From Bdellovibrionota bacterium (GTDB lineage: Bacteria > Bdellovibrionota_G > JALEGL01 > DATDPG01), in the NCBI GenBank assembly GCA_963668355.1, contig OY764265.1, forward strand, positions 1,408,001-1,472,000: DNA of 64,000 nucleotides, given 5' to 3'. The notes under the pieces are model-generated. The model was not told the DNA's origin. It saw nothing but the letters and a program-made list of their open reading frames with translations, and ran no database searches. A program made the position numbers and the translations under genes. Below are positions 17,941-27,020 of this stretch, piece by piece. Each line of letters opens with the position of its first letter. The first letter of the stretch is position 1.

Positions 17941-20799
17941 TTATAACGTTTTTAAATACTCCATAAGATCGTTCAATTGATCCTTGGTCATGTCATTCGT
18001 GACGCCGTGTTTGTCGTCAGGATTGTATTCGGTCCAAATTTCTTCCAGTGTGGGTGAGATTCCATTGTGGAGATAGGGTGCCGAATCATAAATATTGTTG
18101 AGGTGGGGGGTGTCAAATAGTCCCTTTTTGTCCAACTCAAATTGAGTTCCCACATCATGAAGTTTCCGATCCGTAAAATAGGGAGGATCATGACAGGTGA
18201 CGCATCGATTTCCTTTCGGAATCTTTCGACCGTCGTTGGTCCATTCCCGTTCAAAAATCATCTTTCCTCGGCGTTGCGCGTCCGTGTATTCGGATCCCGG
18301 AGGATGATAACGATTGGGTGGACGTGGAATTGTGGTGATGTAGTGATCCAAGGCCTTCAATTGTTTGGGTGTAAAGGGTTGGATGCGTGTGAAAAATACG
18401 GAGAGACGCGGACCACACTGACGTTTGAGGCTTGGGTTTTTACCCGTCCACTTGAACGGAGCGGTGTCCAAAATTCCCCGAAGTGTTCGATTGTCCACGG
18501 GATCATACCCGATGCCGTCAGGTTCAATGTCATACGTAAGGCCATCGACGTGCCCGTCTGGATGACACGAATGACACGCGAACTGGCGGTGAAAGGTGAT
18601 GTCCGCGGAGTGAAATAATTGATCGCCCCATCGAATCTCCGTGATTTCTTTGGACCCTCCCAAATCAATGGTTTTGCCTACGTTGAGCGTGTTCAGGTCA
18701 ATGACGGTGATGGTGTCACTCAACGCATCGGCTACAAAAGCGCTTGCACCGTCTCGAGTCACAAGAATGCCTCGGGGACTGGTTCCTGTCGGTATGTGTT
18801 TCACGAGGTAGTTGGATGCCGTTCCTAAGTGATTGGGGAGAACGCGTCGTTTTTCTTCGGGGGTGGCGCGATTGAGAAGGTCTCGCAATCGCTTCGTGTC
18901 GATGACGGCCACGCGGTCTGTCGTTGCGCTGGTGACCAGTGCCATGCTTCCATTGGGTGTGAATGCAACGTCCGTGGCGTCGGCGAATCCCAAATGGGGT
19001 TCGTCGAGTAAAACTTGATTCACGGTTCCATCTTTTTCGATGATGGCAAGACCATTGGTAATGGTCCACCCCTGCATGAGCCGTGTCATGGGAACCAAGG
19101 TTTTGGTTCGGTTTAACGTGGCCAGGGCAAACTCTCCGGATGGGTGCCAATCAATTCCCATCATGAGATTGGCGCCCGGAACCTCCAACCTTTCCTCAAT
19201 GGTGGCATCCTTTGTGTTGATGACCGTGATTTCCGAAACAATCGGAGTGCGAAACTTCGAAAATCGAGATAATGCGTTGGTGACAAAGATGCGTGAACCC
19301 AAAGGGTCAAGTGACATGGACCAAGGGGACCTGCTTGCGCTCAATGTTTTGATTCGAACATAACTTTCCGCTTCCAAAACCGAAATGTCTTCGGAGGCCG
19401 TATTTAAAACGAAGAGATATTTTTCGCTCGGATCTACCATAAGACCATGGGGCTCATCTCCGACGGGAACCGTTCGAATGACACTGCGTTTTCTCACATC
19501 GATGACTGAAACGGTGTCGTCGTGGCGGTTGCTGACATAAGCCAAACGACCCTTGGGATGAAAAACCACGTCCGCTGGATTCGTTCCGACTTGGATCTCA
19601 GCGACTTTTTCGCGACGGGCGACATTTAGAACAATGACGGAGTTGGAGGTTTCACAGGCCACATATACTTCTCGTCCATTTGGGCTCAACGCCATATTTA
19701 GAGGCGTTTTGTATTGCTCTCGTTCCGTTTGGGCCTCTCGTTTATTCACCGATGGATGGGCGATGTTTTTTAGTGCTTGGCTCAAGAGAAAGGGTTTCCC
19801 ATGAGCGTTCTCATGACAGGAAAGGCAAGCTTTGGGGTCTAAACGAACCAAGCCCAAAGCATTGGATTTGTGCTTTTCGTCTTTGAGATAGTCGCTGGCG
19901 GGTCCGTGGCAAGCCTCACACCCGACGCCTTCGTCAACGCTGAACGTCGGTCCAAATACGGCGCTGGGCGAGTTGAAGCCAGTGACATGGCAACGAAGGC
20001 ATTCGTCACTTTTTTGGGGATCGCTGTGGATTCCTTCTGCTTTCGCCATTTTACGGGCCTTGGGTGTAGCCAATACGGCAAAGGCGCGTGCGTGGGGACG
20101 ATCTTTCCATAGGCTGTATTGGTATCCCATGGATGCATCCTGATGACAGTTTGCACATGCGTGAGATCCAACATAATGCCGGAGCGTTTCATGGTTCTGG
20201 GTTGGAGCTGAAGGTAGGTCCGCGGTTTTGAATTTGTTCGGTGTGGGGTGAGCAATTTCCTTTTTGGCTTTTTGGAGATCGAACGTGGCTTTCCCCAAAA
20301 CGGAGGTGTGAGAACCTTTTTCCAGATGGCAGCTCATGCAAAAATCATCGTCCGCCATTTTCAGTCCATGCATCATGGCTTGTTTTCGATCTTGCATGAT
20401 TTTTTTTGTGGCATAGTCGCTTCCGGGGCCATGACAATCTTCGCATTGGATTCCGTCCTGGATTTGAAATGCGGGATCGCGTTCCCATGCTTCGGTCAGA
20501 GCAGCCGGAGCATGGCATCCGAGACAGATGGCTGCCTCTTGAGGATCCTGTAGAATGCCACTTTCTTGCGCGATGATTTTGCTTTCGGGTTTCGCCAGAG
20601 ATGCCCAGGACCCCGCATGTTTGGAAATGAGCCATCGACTAAATTGATGCCCCATGCTTTTTCCGGAGTGGCATTTTGCACACGCGCGGGCTCCGATATA
20701 GACGGGCTTTTGGAACACAGACGTTTCATAAGCCTGAGCTGAAGTAAGAAAACAAAATGTTCCCAGAGTTCCCAAAAGAAAGAGACGCTTCAGGTTCAT
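17941..20799 (-). CDS. Decaheme fusion: two cytochrome c554-like tetraheme domains + YVTN beta-propeller + diheme CcP/HzsC-like domain
   Basis: Signal peptide; 4+4 CxxCH (Y.G...C..CH and G..CE.CHGP.S patterns); repeated VSVID/VG..P blades; CHSCH, CVTCH and TPHL..IY.SAPYLHNG motifs. Confidence 0.88.
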   Translation of the reverse strand: MNLKRLFLLGTLGTFCFLTSAQAYETSVFQKPVYIGARACAKCHSGKSMGHQFSRWLISKHAGSWASLAKPESKIIAQESGILQDPQEAAICLGCHAPAALTEAWERDPAFQIQDGIQCEDCHGPGSDYATKKIMQDRKQAMMHGLKMADDDFCMSCHLEKGSHTSVLGKATFDLQKAKKEIAHPTPNKFKTADLPSAPTQNHETLRHYVGSHACANCHQDASMGYQYSLWKDRPHARAFAVLATPKARKMAKAEGIHSDPQKSDECLRCHVTGFNSPSAVFGPTFSVDEGVGCEACHGPASDYLKDEKHKSNALGLVRLDPKACLSCHENAHGKPFLLSQALKNIAHPSVNKREAQTEREQYKTPLNMALSPNGREVYVACETSNSVIVLNVARREKVAEIQVGTNPADVVFHPKGRLAYVSNRHDDTVSVIDVRKRSVIRTVPVGDEPHGLMVDPSEKYLFVLNTASEDISVLEAESYVRIKTLSASRSPWSMSLDPLGSRIFVTNALSRFSKFRTPIVSEITVINTKDATIEERLEVPGANLMMGIDWHPSGEFALATLNRTKTLVPMTRLMQGWTITNGLAIIEKDGTVNQVLLDEPHLGFADATDVAFTPNGSMALVTSATTDRVAVIDTKRLRDLLNRATPEEKRRVLPNHLGTASNYLVKHIPTGTSPRGILVTRDGASAFVADALSDTITVIDLNTLNVGKTIDLGGSKEITEIRWGDQLFHSADITFHRQFACHSCHPDGHVDGLTYDIEPDGIGYDPVDNRTLRGILDTAPFKWTGKNPSLKRQCGPRLSVFFTRIQPFTPKQLKALDHYITTIPRPPNRYHPPGSEYTDAQRRGKMIFEREWTNDGRKIPKGNRCVTCHDPPYFTDRKLHDVGTQFELDKKGLFDTPHLNNIYDSAPYLHNGISPTLEEIWTEYNPDDKHGVTNDMTKDQLNDLMEYLKTL

Positions 20800-22427
20800 T
20801 TCTTGCCTCCCTTTTTAAGGAACGGATGTTCCAATGTAATCAGCTGGTCCACAGGGACATTGGTTTGGGTTTCTTGCGTCTGGTCTGGCCATGTGATCGA
20901 GAGAAGGTCAACTTTCTTGTGCTTAGCCAGTCCAAAAAACAGCCGAGCTTGTCTTTGCGAGAGATAGCCACTGGTAGGCATTAGCTCTTGAACTTGAATA
21001 TGGTCGCCAGTTTTCACCGTCACTTTGGCACCGATGGCATCTCTTTTTCCAGAAGGAAAGACTTCTTTGGCTTCAATGGCCAGCCAGTGGTTTTTGTGAG
21101 GTTGGTCGTTTCGAAGAAGCCTGGGAGAGTCGTTGAGGTTCACAATCATGAGATCCACGTCTCCATCGTTGTCGAAGTCTCCGCTGCTGGAGCCCCGACC
21201 CACATATTTTTGAGCAAAGTAGGGTCCGGACTGTTTGGAAACGTCTACAAAGGTCTCTTTGCCTGTGTTTCTGAGTAAGGTGTCTTCTTGAACAAATTCA
21301 AAATGAGCGTGACCATGGACCACAAAAATATCGGTCCATCCATCCAGGTCATAGTCCAATAAGGAAGCTCCCCAACCAGAGTATTGACCGAGGATTTCAG
21401 GAAGTCCTGCAGATCTCGTGTGATCCTCGAACATCCCCTTTTTCTGAATAAGAAGCGTGTTGTAGCGAAGGTCTGGGATGAAAATGTCCATGAGGCCATC
21501 ACGATTTAGGTCTCCGATGGCCGGCCCCATGGAGGAAACGCCTTGTCCGTGTTCGCTAAAGGCAAGGCCTTTAAATACCGCCTTTTCATTGAAGGCGGAC
21601 GTACCGTTGTGTTCGAAGTAATAATTCTCCATGGCATCATTGGCGACATAGATATCCAAAAAACCATCATTGTTGAGATCCGAAGCCGATACACTCATGG
21701 CCCTTCCATCTGGACGATATAAGCCAACATTTCCCGTGACTTCTTCAAAGGTTCCGTCCCCCTGATTTCGGAAGAGCGCATCGGCCTGTCCGCTATAGCT
21801 TAGAGGTCCGGGGTATCCTTTCGCCGCATAGAAATCTCGAAATTTGCCGTCGTCGTATTTGAGGTAATTTCCAATGTAGACGTCCAACCAACCATCTTGG
21901 TTGTAGTCGAACCACACGGCGGAGAGGCTCCAACGAGCATCATCTAAATTGGAAGCGCGAGAGACATCTTCGAACGTTCCGTCTCCTTTGTTTTTGTACA
22001 GAAGGTTTTTTCCGTAATTCAGTACGTAAAGATCTACGAATCCGTCATTGTTATAATCTGCTGCAGAACATCCCGTGCTGAAAATCGACTTACCATTCAC
22101 CTTGGCAGATGCCGTGACATCTTCAAACGTTCCATCCCCTTTGTTTTTGTACAAAACATTATGAAGCTTGTCCTTGAGGTCTCTTCCTCGATTGTCATTC
22201 ACATTTTTTGTCCACTTACCTGTAACAAAGTAAATGTCGGCTAGGCCGTCGTTATTAAAATCAAACACACAGCTTCCCGCACCAGTTCCCTCCACGATAT
22301 TGTCGAGCTTGTGATCTCCGTAGCTGTGTTTGAATTGAATCCCTGCCTTTTGCGTGATGTCACTAAACTGAGGAAGCGCCCATGCAGAGGAGGTGGCAAA
22401 AACCAACGCAAATAGAACAAATCTCAT
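20796..22427 (-). CDS. CRTAC1-like FG-GAP/VCBS repeat protein with ASPIC/UnbV domain
   Basis: Repeated D(F/Y/L)NNDG..DIYV motifs; C-terminal AIGAKVTV...GYLSQ...LFFGL...WPD. Confidence 0.92.
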   Translation of the reverse strand: MRFVLFALVFATSSAWALPQFSDITQKAGIQFKHSYGDHKLDNIVEGTGAGSCVFDFNNDGLADIYFVTGKWTKNVNDNRGRDLKDKLHNVLYKNKGDGTFEDVTASAKVNGKSIFSTGCSAADYNNDGFVDLYVLNYGKNLLYKNKGDGTFEDVSRASNLDDARWSLSAVWFDYNQDGWLDVYIGNYLKYDDGKFRDFYAAKGYPGPLSYSGQADALFRNQGDGTFEEVTGNVGLYRPDGRAMSVSASDLNNDGFLDIYVANDAMENYYFEHNGTSAFNEKAVFKGLAFSEHGQGVSSMGPAIGDLNRDGLMDIFIPDLRYNTLLIQKKGMFEDHTRSAGLPEILGQYSGWGASLLDYDLDGWTDIFVVHGHAHFEFVQEDTLLRNTGKETFVDVSKQSGPYFAQKYVGRGSSSGDFDNDGDVDLMIVNLNDSPRLLRNDQPHKNHWLAIEAKEVFPSGKRDAIGAKVTVKTGDHIQVQELMPTSGYLSQRQARLFFGLAKHKKVDLLSITWPDQTQETQTNVPVDQLITLEHPFLKKGGKK

Positions 22428-22430
22428 GGT

Positions 22431-24050
22431 TTACTTCCCTCCCTTTTGGAGGCTTTTCAAAATGGTGCGTCGCCCCTGATCGCTCAAACGTCTTCGCTGA
22501 CTCTTTAGCGGAAGAAGATTGACGGAATCTTTCCAGAGAGCCTGGGACATGACATTTTCTGGAGTTCGTTCCGCGTCTTCATGACAGCCAATGCATCCAC
22601 GGGGTTCCTTGTTTTTGACCCAGATCCACTGACAACTGCGCAGAACTTGTCCTTGGGCATTCAAAGCTTCCAATTGAATGGGGGTGTTTGCAGGAACTCG
22701 GATATTGAAGGAGCCATCGGTTTCAATCGCCACTTTTCCGAGTAAGTATCGCTCCACGTAATTTTTCTCGGGGCGTCCTTCAATTACGCGCATATGTGTT
22801 GCGAGTTTGGGGTCGAACTCATCCTTCGACAAAGTCGTTGTTTTGATGTCCTGGCAGAAAAGTTCTCCCGTCTTCACGCTTTCGTTGACCACCGAAGAAC
22901 GACCATCGGGCATCGGACGCGAGGCGATGAGTTTGGGTTGGATTTCGTGAAAGGCGGGGTCGTCTTTAAGGAGCGAAAGCTCTCCGGAGTAGGGATTCAA
23001 ACGGTACAGACCAAAGGTTTGAAATCCAGGGCCCGATTGGTTCGAAACCAGAATCTCTCCGTTGGGCAGAGGTGCGGGAGTTCGAAATTTTCCATCCGCA
23101 GGGGCCGAGAGATATCGATGGGAATGAACACTCCGGCGTAAACTTACGGCGGCCAATCGTCCTCCCGGCTGGCTCATGGATCCCTCTTCGGATTCCACAA
23201 ACACAACAAGGTTTTGGTTTGTTTGGATGGGAGATTCTTTGAAGCGAGATCCGCGATCATCTCCAAAGTGAACGACATCGGTTCCGTCGCTATTAATGGT
23301 AAAAAGCGTTCTTCGCTCTGGCCAGGAAGGGGTTCCTCGATCCCGTTGCCAAGCGGCATAGAGGACTCGGCCATCTTGCATGATAAATGGGTCTTGAGTT
23401 CCGTATGGCGTGAATGTGAGTTGACGAAGTGCGGACCCGTCCATTCGACAAGAGTATAAAGCGGAAGGTTTTCCCTTCGGGGTTCCCAAGAACGTAATTT
23501 GGTTCCAAGGAAGCGTTGAGGTGATGACGTACATGGTGGACTGGTAGACGGGGGTTCGACAATCAAAAGGTTCGTTGGTGATTTGTTTCAGGCCCGAACC
23601 ATCCAAGTTCATTTCGTAGACTTGCCAAAAATCAGTCGCTTTCTTTTTTCCCGCAAAGAGGAAACGCTCGCCATCAAACGAAACATCGGGATCCGCCGCT
23701 TGAAAAAAAGAGCTGGTCAAGGATTCCATGCTGCCATCGGAACGAAGGAGCATGACACGAGATCGGCCCGGATGAACCTCTCGGCCTTCCAAACGGGATG
23801 GGATTTGGGTGAAGAGAAGACCGTGAAATTGAGGAACGGCTTTGGACAAATTCAACAGTCCTGACTCGGATGTTCGAGTCAGCATCGAGGCGGTTGGGTC
23901 GAGATGATCGCCTCCTTGGTCCCAAGATCCTGGGGTGACCACGGTTGTTCTGGAAACGGGATGGTGGGAGGAGCAGGTCAAAAGGAAACAAAAACTGAAA
24001 CATAAAAAGGTTTTTAGCAAATGTGTCATTTTGGGATTCACCTTAGCCAA
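22431..24050 (-). CDS. Hydrazine synthase alpha-subunit (HzsA)-like protein: TolB-like propeller + middle domain + one heme c
   Basis: DPDVSFDG..FLFAG...WQVYEMNLDGSGL.QIT, DGRVLYAAW, LG.V.IE.DGSF...VPANTPIQL.AL and WV...EPRGCIGCHE motifs; start may be the internal ATG (MTHLL). Confidence 0.8.
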   Translation of the reverse strand: MAKVNPKMTHLLKTFLCFSFCFLLTCSSHHPVSRTTVVTPGSWDQGGDHLDPTASMLTRTSESGLLNLSKAVPQFHGLLFTQIPSRLEGREVHPGRSRVMLLRSDGSMESLTSSFFQAADPDVSFDGERFLFAGKKKATDFWQVYEMNLDGSGLKQITNEPFDCRTPVYQSTMYVITSTLPWNQITFLGTPKGKPSALYSCRMDGSALRQLTFTPYGTQDPFIMQDGRVLYAAWQRDRGTPSWPERRTLFTINSDGTDVVHFGDDRGSRFKESPIQTNQNLVVFVESEEGSMSQPGGRLAAVSLRRSVHSHRYLSAPADGKFRTPAPLPNGEILVSNQSGPGFQTFGLYRLNPYSGELSLLKDDPAFHEIQPKLIASRPMPDGRSSVVNESVKTGELFCQDIKTTTLSKDEFDPKLATHMRVIEGRPEKNYVERYLLGKVAIETDGSFNIRVPANTPIQLEALNAQGQVLRSCQWIWVKNKEPRGCIGCHEDAERTPENVMSQALWKDSVNLLPLKSQRRRLSDQGRRTILKSLQKGGK

Positions 24051-24129
24051 CTCAGGTCGAGTCGCAATGAGCTTGAATCATGTTTTCACGTTTGTTTTTC
24101 TCACGAAACGACTTGAGGATCTAGCATAT

Positions 24130-24143
24130 TGTGCATATGCACA
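24130..24143. promoter_or_regulatory. Perfect 14-bp palindrome TGTGCATATGCACA, candidate operator between divergent operons
   Basis: Read directly in the 24051-24216 intergenic region, next to a TATAAA element. Confidence 0.5.
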
Positions 24144-24216
24144 TTATAAATTTCTGAGGAGGGATTGATTTGTTGTCCGATATCCTCCAAGATGCCCCCC
24201 TTTCAGGAGGCCCAAC

Positions 24217-24897
24217 GTGACGCATCAAGTTTCTGATCTACAAATCAAAGACTGCTCTCTCATTACGCTGTCGACGGGTTTGCGGAGTCAAAACCTTCTC
24301 GACATGCGGGATCGCATCGTGCAAGCCCCATTGGAGAGCATCTACCACCATTTTTACGAAGGCATCCTTCGCCCCAGTTTCGATGATCTGGAATATCGAA
24401 ACGATTTTGCGGTCTGGGCCCATCAAGCCCTGAGAGATCCTCACCTGGCCGAGCGGCTTGGCCAGATTCATCCTTTAAGGTTTAGGACATTGGAGGAGTT
24501 GCGCGAAGCCCTTCTGGATGTGATCGAAGACCGTCTTTCGGAGCATGATGTCGTTCCATGGGCGGAGCGCGGAAGGGAATTCTACTTTCTCTCCGCAAAA
24601 GTGGTCATTTTTGATACCCACGCTCGTGTGGAACGTCCCAAAGACCTTCCCTCCGTGGTGGAGACGCTCACGCGAAGCAGCATCTATTTTCATTTCATTG
24701 AAGCTCAACGAAGAGATCCCGTGGATGTGGACGATTTTTCAGCCTGGCTGAGGAGTTGGGGAGACGCCTACGAACCGGTATGCAAACGATTGAGTGCCAT
24801 TGACTATCATTTTTTCAACTTAAGAGAGGTGAGGGAACACATCTTAGAAGCGCTATCGTTGGTTCCTAAAATCGCCGAAAAAGAGGAGAGGGCCTAA
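24217..24897 (+). CDS. DUF5752-like protein (TreT-associated)
   Basis: Duplicated SIYHHF/SIYFHF and NDFAVW/DDFSAW motifs; directly upstream of treT. Confidence 0.78.
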   Translation: MTHQVSDLQIKDCSLITLSTGLRSQNLLDMRDRIVQAPLESIYHHFYEGILRPSFDDLEYRNDFAVWAHQALRDPHLAERLGQIHPLRFRTLEELREALLDVIEDRLSEHDVVPWAERGREFYFLSAKVVIFDTHARVERPKDLPSVVETLTRSSIYFHFIEAQRRDPVDVDDFSAWLRSWGDAYEPVCKRLSAIDYHFFNLREVREHILEALSLVPKIAEKEERA

Positions 24898-24899
24898 CG

Positions 24900-26144
24900 A
24901 TGCTTGATGCTCTAAATATTCAAGATTATTCCAAGGTTGTGCGTCCGGAGGTGATTGACCAACTTCATCAATTGGCTGCTCCATTGGCCGGAGCCAAAGT
25001 CGTACATGTAAATTCCACAAAGCTTGGAGGTGGCGTTGCGGAGATCCTGGATCGCTTAATTCCCCTCAAACGTTCATTGAACATCAATGCCAGCTGGGAA
25101 ACCATTGGAGGTGATCCGGATTTCTTTGTGTGCACGAAGGCGTTCCACAACGGCTTGCAAGGAAACCGCGTGGATATTCCTCAGCACTTATTGAACCATT
25201 TTGAATCCATCAATGAAGAAAATGCAGAAAAGCTCCGTTCTACATTGGAGGACGCAGACTATGTATTCATTCATGATCCCCAACCCGCACCGCTTTTAAA
25301 ACTTTGTCCGAACCGAAAAGGAAAATGGGTGTGGCGTTGTCACATCGACGTGAGTCGACCCCATCGTCCGGTGTGGAAATACTTGAAACGCTTTTTACAT
25401 GACTACGATGCAAGCATTTATTCGCTGGCTGCCTTCGCGCAACCTCTGGGCCATCCTCAATTTTTGGTTCCTCCAAGCATCGATCCCTTGAGTGAGAAAA
25501 ACATCGAGCTTTCCAAAAGCGATGTCCGGGATACGGCCAAGAAGTTTGGTTTTGATTTAAATCGCCCCATCATTTCACAGATCTCCCGTTTCGATCGTTT
25601 TAAGGATCCTGTGGGAGTCATTCGAGCCTATAAATTGGTCAAGGAATATCTCCCTGTCCAACTGGTGTTGGCTGGAGGCGGAGCCACAGATGACCCCGAA
25701 GGGGCTGCGGTGTTGGAGGAAGTCAAAGAATTGGCGGGGGATGATCCGGATTTGCATATTCTTTTATTGCCACCGGATGCACATCGAACGATCAACGCCA
25801 TTCAACGATGTTCGGATGTCGTGTTGCAAAAATCGGTGCGCGAAGGATTTGGTTTGACGGTTACGGAAGCCCTCTGGAAAAAGAAACCTGTCATTGGTGG
25901 AGAAACGGGAGGAATTACCCTCCAAGTGGTGAATCATCATACAGGATTTCTGGTGAATACTCCGGAGGGAGCGGCGTTTCGAATTCGATATTTGCTTTCC
26001 AGGCCCAAAGAAAGAAAAACAATGGGCAAAAAGGGATTCGAATTTGTGCGGGACCATTTTCTGTTGACCCGCCACTTGCGAGACTATCTGACGATCTTGG
26101 TTTCCTTGAACCACAAGGATTCTTCCAAGATCAGCTTGGGCTAA
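24900..26144 (+). CDS. treT: Trehalose synthase TreT (GT4)
   Basis: HVNST..GGGVAEIL, IHDPQP, WRCHID, QISRFDRFKDP and EGFGLTVTEALWK motifs. Confidence 0.92.
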   Translation: MLDALNIQDYSKVVRPEVIDQLHQLAAPLAGAKVVHVNSTKLGGGVAEILDRLIPLKRSLNINASWETIGGDPDFFVCTKAFHNGLQGNRVDIPQHLLNHFESINEENAEKLRSTLEDADYVFIHDPQPAPLLKLCPNRKGKWVWRCHIDVSRPHRPVWKYLKRFLHDYDASIYSLAAFAQPLGHPQFLVPPSIDPLSEKNIELSKSDVRDTAKKFGFDLNRPIISQISRFDRFKDPVGVIRAYKLVKEYLPVQLVLAGGGATDDPEGAAVLEEVKELAGDDPDLHILLLPPDAHRTINAIQRCSDVVLQKSVREGFGLTVTEALWKKKPVIGGETGGITLQVVNHHTGFLVNTPEGAAFRIRYLLSRPKERKTMGKKGFEFVRDHFLLTRHLRDYLTILVSLNHKDSSKISLG

Positions 26145-26156
26145 GTTCATATTTTT

Positions 26157-26969
26157 GTGAGGAAGAAGAAACGAAAACGAGTTTTCCTTCGATCCGTTTT
26201 CGGACTTCTTCTCTTTTTGGGTTTGATTGCCGGAATTGTCTTCCTGGTGTGGACACGCGATCTTCCTGAAGTGAGCGTATTAAAAACGCAGTATCCCGTT
26301 TTTTTAAGAGGGACACAGGAGATTCGTTTTCAAAAAAACCCTCCGCGGTTGTGGGTTTCATTGGAGAATGTTTCGGAAATTGCCGTTCATGCCATTCGTT
26401 TGAGTGAAGACTGGGGCTTTTTTGGACATCGAGGAATTGATTTCCATGAAATCAAAGAATCTGTGAAAAAAAATCTTCTCAAAGGGCGATATGCGCGGGG
26501 AGCAAGCACCATCACTCAGCAACTGGCGCGCAATGTGTTTCTGACGCCGGAAAAATCCTTGAGACGCAAGGTTCGAGAAATCGTTTTGGCTCGAAAGATG
26601 GAAAGGGAGCTTTCCAAAGATCGAATTTTGGAAATGTATTTGAACGTTGTCGAATGGGGGATCGGCATTCGAGGAATTGTTCAGGCATCTCAACTCTACT
26701 TTGAAAAAGCGCCACGCTTTTTAAATGCCAAGGAAGGAGCCTTCCTGGCCATGTTGCTTCCAAGTCCCCATCGCTATTCTAGCTCCTTTCGAGAGGGAGA
26801 ACTGACTCCCTATGCACGCAAAACCATTCGTTCCATTTTGAGAAAGCTCTTTCGTGCAGGCTATCTCACTGAAGAAGCTTGGAAACGGGAGCAAGATCGT
26901 CCGTTGGGCTTTGAATTGGAAAAGGATGAACTCGAAGTGGCCCCGTTTTATGAGAGCAAGACTCTTTGA
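26157..26969 (+). CDS. mtgA: Monofunctional peptidoglycan transglycosylase (GT51)
   Basis: N-terminal TM; SED..FF.H.GID, RGASTITQQLARN, RK..E and ILEMYLN motifs. Confidence 0.9.
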   Translation: MRKKKRKRVFLRSVFGLLLFLGLIAGIVFLVWTRDLPEVSVLKTQYPVFLRGTQEIRFQKNPPRLWVSLENVSEIAVHAIRLSEDWGFFGHRGIDFHEIKESVKKNLLKGRYARGASTITQQLARNVFLTPEKSLRRKVREIVLARKMERELSKDRILEMYLNVVEWGIGIRGIVQASQLYFEKAPRFLNAKEGAFLAMLLPSPHRYSSSFREGELTPYARKTIRSILRKLFRAGYLTEEAWKREQDRPLGFELEKDELEVAPFYESKTL

Positions 26970-27020
26970 AGGGGCGGAGGACTTTTTGGCAAACCCTCCC
27001 AGCTCGAATAGGATTCAGAT

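Noticed and set aside
11733..24050. Calling this a bona fide anammox hzsABC cluster
   Set aside because: The HzsA-like protein lacks the second heme and the Tyr ligand position, no hydrazine dehydrogenase or HAO gene is in view, and the surrounding genes are not planctomycete-like; only homology is supported
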